Positions 58,544-64,000 of a DNA stretch of 64,000 bases are shown piece by piece (positions within the stretch are counted from its first letter, which is position 1; every line of letters begins with the position of its first letter). A program made the position numbers and the translations under genes. The notes below the pieces were generated by a model. That model was not told the origin of the DNA, did no database searches, and worked only from the letters and a program-made list of their open reading frames with translations. The stretch is from Eukaryota sp. TZLM1-RC. Lineage: Eukaryota > Protista > Metamonada: BaSk clade. The stretch covers positions 1,116,001-1,180,000 of the forward strand of contig JAUPSS010000003.1 in assembly GCA_040285825.1 (NCBI GenBank). The letters run 5' to 3'.

Positions 58544-61282
58544 TCACTTTTTACCCCTTGATTTCACCTCTTTTTTCTTTTCCTTCAAACAATTAGAAAG
58601 AGAATTACTGGTGACCTTTACCATCTCCTTATGATCTTCTACACTTTGTCGTATGACATTAGAATAAGAAACATAATTTTCGATACTTGGTGGATTCAAA
58701 TCATCTATTGAAGAAAGAACTAAATTGGTCAAGGAAAGTTCAGTTGAAGGCGATGAAAACGAGTCAATTCTCGCTGTTTCTTCATCAATCACGTGTTGAT
58801 TCCCATCAAAATTGATTGATTCTAATGATTCGACATTATCGACCACCAATCCGGGATCAATTTCTCTAGCAACCAGAGACTTTTTTCCATCTTTTGCCTT
58901 CTCCAAAACAATTTGAGTGTATTTGAATTCAGACTCAGCAAGCAATTTGGCCTTCTCAAACCTTGATTGATCATTGTTTAAAATTCCAGATTTAAAACTG
59001 TCAGTGATCTCCCTAATATAGTTGTCGAGCTCAAAAGTGACATCAATGGGACTATTGAGATAAAAATGATCCGAAATGCCCTCAATCTGAAAACAACAGG
59101 GATTTGGTGAGTAAAGAAGAGTACAATTAGACATCAAAACTCTTCTTAAGGGGGTTGGGGGTCTATAGCTGTGGATTGATGACGTGTCTTGGCAATCAAA
59201 TTGATTGATTGACCCACACTCAGAAATAAAAGCAAATGGATAGTAAACATCAGCAGAATATTTTAAAACAAAGGATTTGGCGTTTAATAATTCATCATTG
59301 AGCTTAAATAATTGGCACTCTGTAACATTAAAGTCATCCAACTCGGTACCAAAGACAAAAACATTAAAAAAACCACATGCGAGACAACTAGCTGAGCTTC
59401 TGTTAACTGAAAGTGAATAACCATTTTTATTAGGAAAGAGATTTAATTTGAAATTCTTTGTGAAAAATGAAGCGGAAACCAGTGACGTGTCCAAGTCAAC
59501 AATCACGTAACTGATTGATGATTGATTATCAGAAGGGAATGAAAGGGATTGATCCATGATTCGAGGTTGATCAATGTCAGTGATATGGGAAATATTTACC
59601 AAGATTTCAGAATGATCCCTATTAGGGGGGATAAAAATCTGACCAAGAGTGTAATCAAAATTGATTGAGTGATTGATTGGTTGCAGTTCACCATGATTAA
59701 TCTTAAATGATTTAAACATGGGATGAACAAAATCATCTAAATTAAAAACCGAATCAATAGAATCAATAGTGGAATAGATTTTAAATTTACAACCATAATG
59801 GCATTGGTTAAGAGTTAATACTACGAGTGAATCACTTGCAGAAAAAACGGAAAGAGGTAAATATTTTAAATTTTCGACAATGTGTTGAGTTGTTGTCTGC
59901 TCAAAAGTTGACAAATTGATTACAGAAATAGAGATCAACAGATCAGAGTAGTTGCCTAAATTGAAATTTTCAACTGAATTGAGATTTTGCAAATAGAAAA
60001 ACAAAGTTACATCAGTATCAGATGGTACGAGACAACAGAAACTGATTGGAAACTGATTGGATGATTGGTTGACCTTCCAAGACCAGTTAAAAATAGAAGA
60101 ACCAAGTGATTCATTCGACAGAAATGAGTAAAATTTAAAATTTTTGGGTAAAAAATTGATTGGTAGATAAAGATCAATGTGACTGGGACAGATCAAATCA
60201 CTGAGCTCTTTTTGATTCCCATTTGACAATTGATGGAACATTTGTTTCTTTTCAAAAAGGGAGACTCCGATAAAATTTTCGAAATCACCATCATAAAATT
60301 GATCAATCTCAAAATAATCAATCAAATCGGAAAGACCTTCCATTTTAGGAAAGTGACATCTCAATAGTTGAAAATGACCCTTATTGTTCGAATAGTTCAT
60401 CAAGTTACTCACTGGTAAATAAAACTTTCCTATCGAAAATTCTCCAAAAATTCCACAAAGATGAGTAGTATTTAAATTCAAGGCCAACTTACTGAATAAA
60501 TCACAATCAACAGTGATCTCTTCATCGACAGAAAAACCAAGACTCGAAATATTGGTTCCACTGAGACAAATTTTACCAGTCAAAAAGGTGAGAAACTCTG
60601 AATTAAAATCAGATATTCTGTAATTCACTGCTTTCACCAGAGCTTTGGCCAAAATTACGGGCCAAAATTGATTGACTCTTAAAGACTCTATAAAAGGGTA
60701 AAGTGGAATAATAAATTGATAAAATTCACTAGGAACGTCAGTGAAACTCCTAAATTCTCCATATTCAGTAGGCAGAACAACCGGAATTAACCCAGAAACG
60801 TCCACGTGGCTCCATTGCCCATCCAGGAACAAACGAACTCTGAAAAAGTTCGACTTTGCACTTTTTTCTTCTTTAATGAGCTCCCATAGGTAGGTTTGTT
60901 CAGGAATGTCATGACTAAGGGTTCGGAGCTGAGTGAAAAGAGTAGCAAATATGTTGTAGATGGACGAAGAGAAAGAGAGGGGAAAGTTGGAAATTCGATC
61001 AGGAAAAGGATGTTGTGACCGTAGAGAGTTACAAATGGAATGATCAATGTCAGCAGAGAACAGGCATGGGGTACAAGAGCACGAAAAGATAGTAGAAAAC
61101 TGGTCAAGAGAGATGAAATAAGTAGAAAAAAGGGAAGAATCTAGTGGGGATAGGTCATCAAGAATGGGTGCATCTGGTAAAGGAAACGTTGAAGAAGTTG
61201 TTTCATCAAATGTAATAGGTTCAAATAGAGATGTTGATGCCTTTGTCACGACAGGCTTTTTGGCTTTTGGCTTTGGTGGCAT
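58544..61282 (-). CDS. androglobin/calpain-like protein
   Basis: MPPKPKAKK start; LWELI..FRVRLFLDGQW..V....IP..FWPVILAKAL (calpain-like domain as in androglobin). Confidence 0.65.
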   Translation of the reverse strand: MPPKPKAKKPVVTKASTSLFEPITFDETTSSTFPLPDAPILDDLSPLDSSLFSTYFISLDQFSTIFSCSCTPCLFSADIDHSICNSLRSQHPFPDRISNFPLSFSSSIYNIFATLFTQLRTLSHDIPEQTYLWELIKEEKSAKSNFFRVRLFLDGQWSHVDVSGLIPVVLPTEYGEFRSFTDVPSEFYQFIIPLYPFIESLRVNQFWPVILAKALVKAVNYRISDFNSEFLTFLTGKICLSGTNISSLGFSVDEEITVDCDLFSKLALNLNTTHLCGIFGEFSIGKFYLPVSNLMNYSNNKGHFQLLRCHFPKMEGLSDLIDYFEIDQFYDGDFENFIGVSLFEKKQMFHQLSNGNQKELSDLICPSHIDLYLPINFLPKNFKFYSFLSNESLGSSIFNWSWKVNQSSNQFPISFCCLVPSDTDVTLFFYLQNLNSVENFNLGNYSDLLISISVINLSTFEQTTTQHIVENLKYLPLSVFSASDSLVVLTLNQCHYGCKFKIYSTIDSIDSVFNLDDFVHPMFKSFKINHGELQPINHSINFDYTLGQIFIPPNRDHSEILVNISHITDIDQPRIMDQSLSFPSDNQSSISYVIVDLDTSLVSASFFTKNFKLNLFPNKNGYSLSVNRSSASCLACGFFNVFVFGTELDDFNVTECQLFKLNDELLNAKSFVLKYSADVYYPFAFISECGSINQFDCQDTSSIHSYRPPTPLRRVLMSNCTLLYSPNPCCFQIEGISDHFYLNSPIDVTFELDNYIREITDSFKSGILNNDQSRFEKAKLLAESEFKYTQIVLEKAKDGKKSLVAREIDPGLVVDNVESLESINFDGNQHVIDEETARIDSFSSPSTELSLTNLVLSSIDDLNPPSIENYVSYSNVIRQSVEDHKEMVKVTSNSLSNCLKEKKKEVKSRGKK

Positions 61283-61459
61283 TAGCTAACAGAACAGCTG
61301 CTTTGAGGTGTTATATTGTTGAGATTACTGGAGGCAAAGTTGAGTAACAATTTTCATTACTCACTCTCCGATTTCAACTGATATTGCTTTGTTGTTTTTA
61401 ATGGGTTGTTTATCGTACACATACTTTTCAACTTTTTGGAATTCCATCAAATTGTGTTG

Positions 61460-61555
61460 GAATCAGATCAAGATTTTGTAGAGGAAATCTTGTTCAATGA
61501 TAGTCATCACATTAGTTATGAGTTAATTCAATTAAGTGTGCATGTTTAATAAATA
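61460..61555 (+). mobile_element. family F non-LTR 3' tail remnant
   Basis: CAGATCAAGATTTTGTAGAGGAAATC..TTAAGTGTGCA..AATAAA matches 12680-12770. Confidence 0.7.
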
Positions 61556-62002
61556 TACCTAATTTTAAGGTTTGTTTTCTCATCTAGCAAACAACAATGT
61601 AAAGTAATATAAAATAACTAATAAGAACAATATTAAAAATATTATATTTATAAAATGTATCATTATCTACGAAAAACCATTCACATCTCAACTACTGTCT
61701 CATTTGCGATACTCTTCTACATCAATCACATCATTTGTAGTGATGGCACAGACTACAGAAATCTATTGACAGTTATAACGATCTTATACCCTCCTACACT
61801 CTCCTCTTTTGTCGAAAACTTGCAACTAATATGTTCAAACGGTTGTGTATTTAAAAAATAACAATAAATGACAGCAGAGGTGTTTCAGCCGTCTATATTA
61901 TATTCACATTCAAGTCAAAAAGGAAATACAACAATCTTTACTGTTTTAAAAAATTACATAAAATACATAAAAACCTTCGCTCCAACTCAAGATATAAGCA
62001 GA

Positions 62003-62329
62003 TTAATCCATCAACTCCTCTAAAGTGGACTGTATGTGTGGTACATTCAGCCCTTCGAAATCATGTACTTGTTCGCCATTGTGGAAGACTAAAAACCGGG
62101 GACAAGAGCCACACTGACCAAATTGGTTGATGACATTTGTGTCAACGAGAAGGAATTTAATGTCCTTCCCTAGGTAATCGACCTTCCAACGCTTAACAGT
62201 TGCAACTATCGATGTACAGCGTCCCCAGGTAGGAGAAAAGAGTTCAATGAGAACAGTGCCCGAAGATAGAAGAGAGGAAAGTTGATCTTCGGAAGTTACA
62301 ATCTCGTAGGGTTCCTGATTTTTAGACAT
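62003..62329 (-). CDS. thioredoxin-like protein (dynein-arm/NME8-type)
   Basis: IELFSPTWGRC..P.FLVFHNG..EG.N.P; lacks a full CxxC. Confidence 0.75.
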   Translation of the reverse strand: MSKNQEPYEIVTSEDQLSSLLSSGTVLIELFSPTWGRCTSIVATVKRWKVDYLGKDIKFLLVDTNVINQFGQCGSCPRFLVFHNGEQVHDFEGLNVPHIQSTLEELMD

Positions 62330-62439
62330 CGTCTAGTTACAGAATGTTGAATAGTAGAAACCTGTTGAGACTTCTACTGTGTGTATGTGAAAAAAATGAG
62401 TTTGTTCAAAAGACCTTACTGACGAATTGAAATAGAAAT

Positions 62440-63299
62440 ATCGAATACACATTTAAAGCTCTACATCCTCAAAACCTACCTCTGCTACATCGAAATAGTT
62501 AATTACCAAAGATTCTGAAATCGACCAAAGGAAGAAAGTGAATCAGAAATTAATTTCAACATTTCCTTATAAATAGAAAAAACAATCCTGTTTTGCCAAT
62601 AAACAGGATTGGAAATTCTTCCAGTTCTGTCTTTTACAACTACGGTGAAGTCCTCAAGGTGTGCCAAAGCAGTCTTACCATAAGAACCGAGCAATGAAAA
62701 AGGAAAGGGACATAAATTATATTGGGCATGAGAAGTATTTAAATTTTTATTAACAGAAGAAGGACATTTTGCATACTTAGCAATTTTGTATATTTTCGCA
62801 GCACAAAGAGGAGTATTGACATAAGAAAGGAAATGTTGATTAGAAGACTTACAAGGGTCAATGGACATGGCATCTATAATGGTGCAGCTGCCATTTAGGA
62901 CAGAAACAACCAAATCCCCTCTTGTCAGACCTATAGAAGCTCTTTTGTCACCCGTACTGTCAAAATTGGGGTCATCAAGAATTAATTTCGATAACAATAG
63001 TTTTGAAAAGGAATTTATGAAATATGATTTGCGCATGACATAAATTTGGTCCCTAACATTATAATATACTTTACTTCCAAAGGTAATAAAATGTTCACAG
63101 TTCAAAAGATGAGTAAACAAAAGAGGTTTATCACATTCACAAGCTAAACGACCAGGCAAATTTTTAGCCATAGAAAACAACGTAAACACATGCTCAAAAG
63201 CCATTCATTGTCTTTTGAAAGAAGATGATGAGTAGAGGGCCATTGAGCAACTAGAGAAACAGTAGAACCATTGCGAATGTTTTTTCTAAAATGATCAAA
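62440..63299 (-). mobile_element. family A-like non-LTR 3' relic, cut by LTR element G3
   Basis: KPLLFTHLLNC..LTRGDLVV..DAMSIDPC..YWQNRIVF, similar to 21980-22824. Confidence 0.88.
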
Positions 63300-64000
63300 T
63301 GTTGGCTCTTAGCCATAGTAGTTAAGTGATGACGTGTCACTGCTATATTTAGATTGTTGTAATTTTATCTTTGATTTTCCTTGTTGCATTGATAAACATC
63401 TGTCTTCGTTTGTAATGCTATTTACTTGTGCACGAAACCCAACAGTAATTACTGTGGATCCCAAGGATCATCTAACCCTAGTTGCTCCCTTCCTCCGTGC
63501 CTCCGGTCGAGAAGCTGTCTCCCGGTTTGTTGAGGAGCTTAGGGTCTATGCTGTCCGCATGGCTTCCCATGCTAGTTCCCGTCCCCGTTCCAGTTCCAGT
63601 TCCCGTTCCCGTCCTCCTTCCGCTGAAGCTGAAAAAGCTGAAATCCCTACTGACCAGTTCAAGCCGCAAACTGACGACCGTAGAAGCATAAGCATCCGGT
63701 CTCACGCTGACCCTTCTACAACTGTACCTCAGACCTCTGCTCTAGAGGAAGACAACCCTGAGCAAGTCCATTATAACCTTCTTTCCAATAAAGAAGATGC
63801 AGAAGCCACTGCTGAGCTTCAAGCTTCTTCCACTGAATCTGTTAGTTCCAAGACCAACATTAACAATTTCACTGGTCTCCGTTCCTTCTCCTCTCTTGAT
63901 TATGATGACTTGGCCGCTCTCATCTCCCCACATTTACCTCATACCATTTCTCCAGAAGTCCTTGAAACCTTTATGGTTATGGAGAACGTGGATCCCAATG
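63300..64000 (+). mobile_element. LTR retroelement G3: 5' LTR (63300-63444) and start of Gag-like ORF running off the window
   Basis: TGTTGG...CCAACA termini, TGATGACGTG motif; frame open 63415-64000 with APFLRASGREAVSRFVEELRVY and TISPEVLETF resembling G1/G2 Gag N-termini; second LTR not visible. Confidence 0.72.

Noticed and set aside
63478-63933. Track ORFs with GTGTGT / VPVPVP repeats
   Set aside because: Alternative frames of a 6-nt repeat inside the Gag-like frame open from 63415
1-64000. rRNA or tRNA genes
   Set aside because: None recognised by eye; tRNAscan-SE/Infernal needed to exclude them

Overview
Compact, AT-rich eukaryotic (protist) DNA. Flagellar-type genes (CatSper auxiliary subunit-like, androglobin-like, dynein-arm-type thioredoxin) suggest a flagellate; the taxon cannot be fixed from sequence. 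About 20 host genes lie close together, several with 27-34 nt introns whose 3' ends share a fixed TnAYnnnAG pattern. They are interleaved with three classes of mobile element. (1) Eight Fanzor (eukaryotic TnpB-like RuvC nuclease) loci from several families. One (2977-4931, -) has a complete D/E/D triad, a single homopolymer frameshift and a strongly structured omega-RNA-like 3' region. Two others are sister copies linked to captured gene fragments. (2) Three distinct short-LTR families with Gag. The two fully visible ones encode Gag only, one as a tandem LTR-gag-LTR-gag-LTR array. All three have a perfect palindrome, not a tRNA primer-binding site, at the 5' LTR end, and share a TGATGACGTG LTR motif. 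(3) At least five families of RT + restriction-like-endonuclease (CRE-like) non-LTR retrotransposons, often nested antisense in each other. All family assignments come from motif recognition by eye, not from searches.
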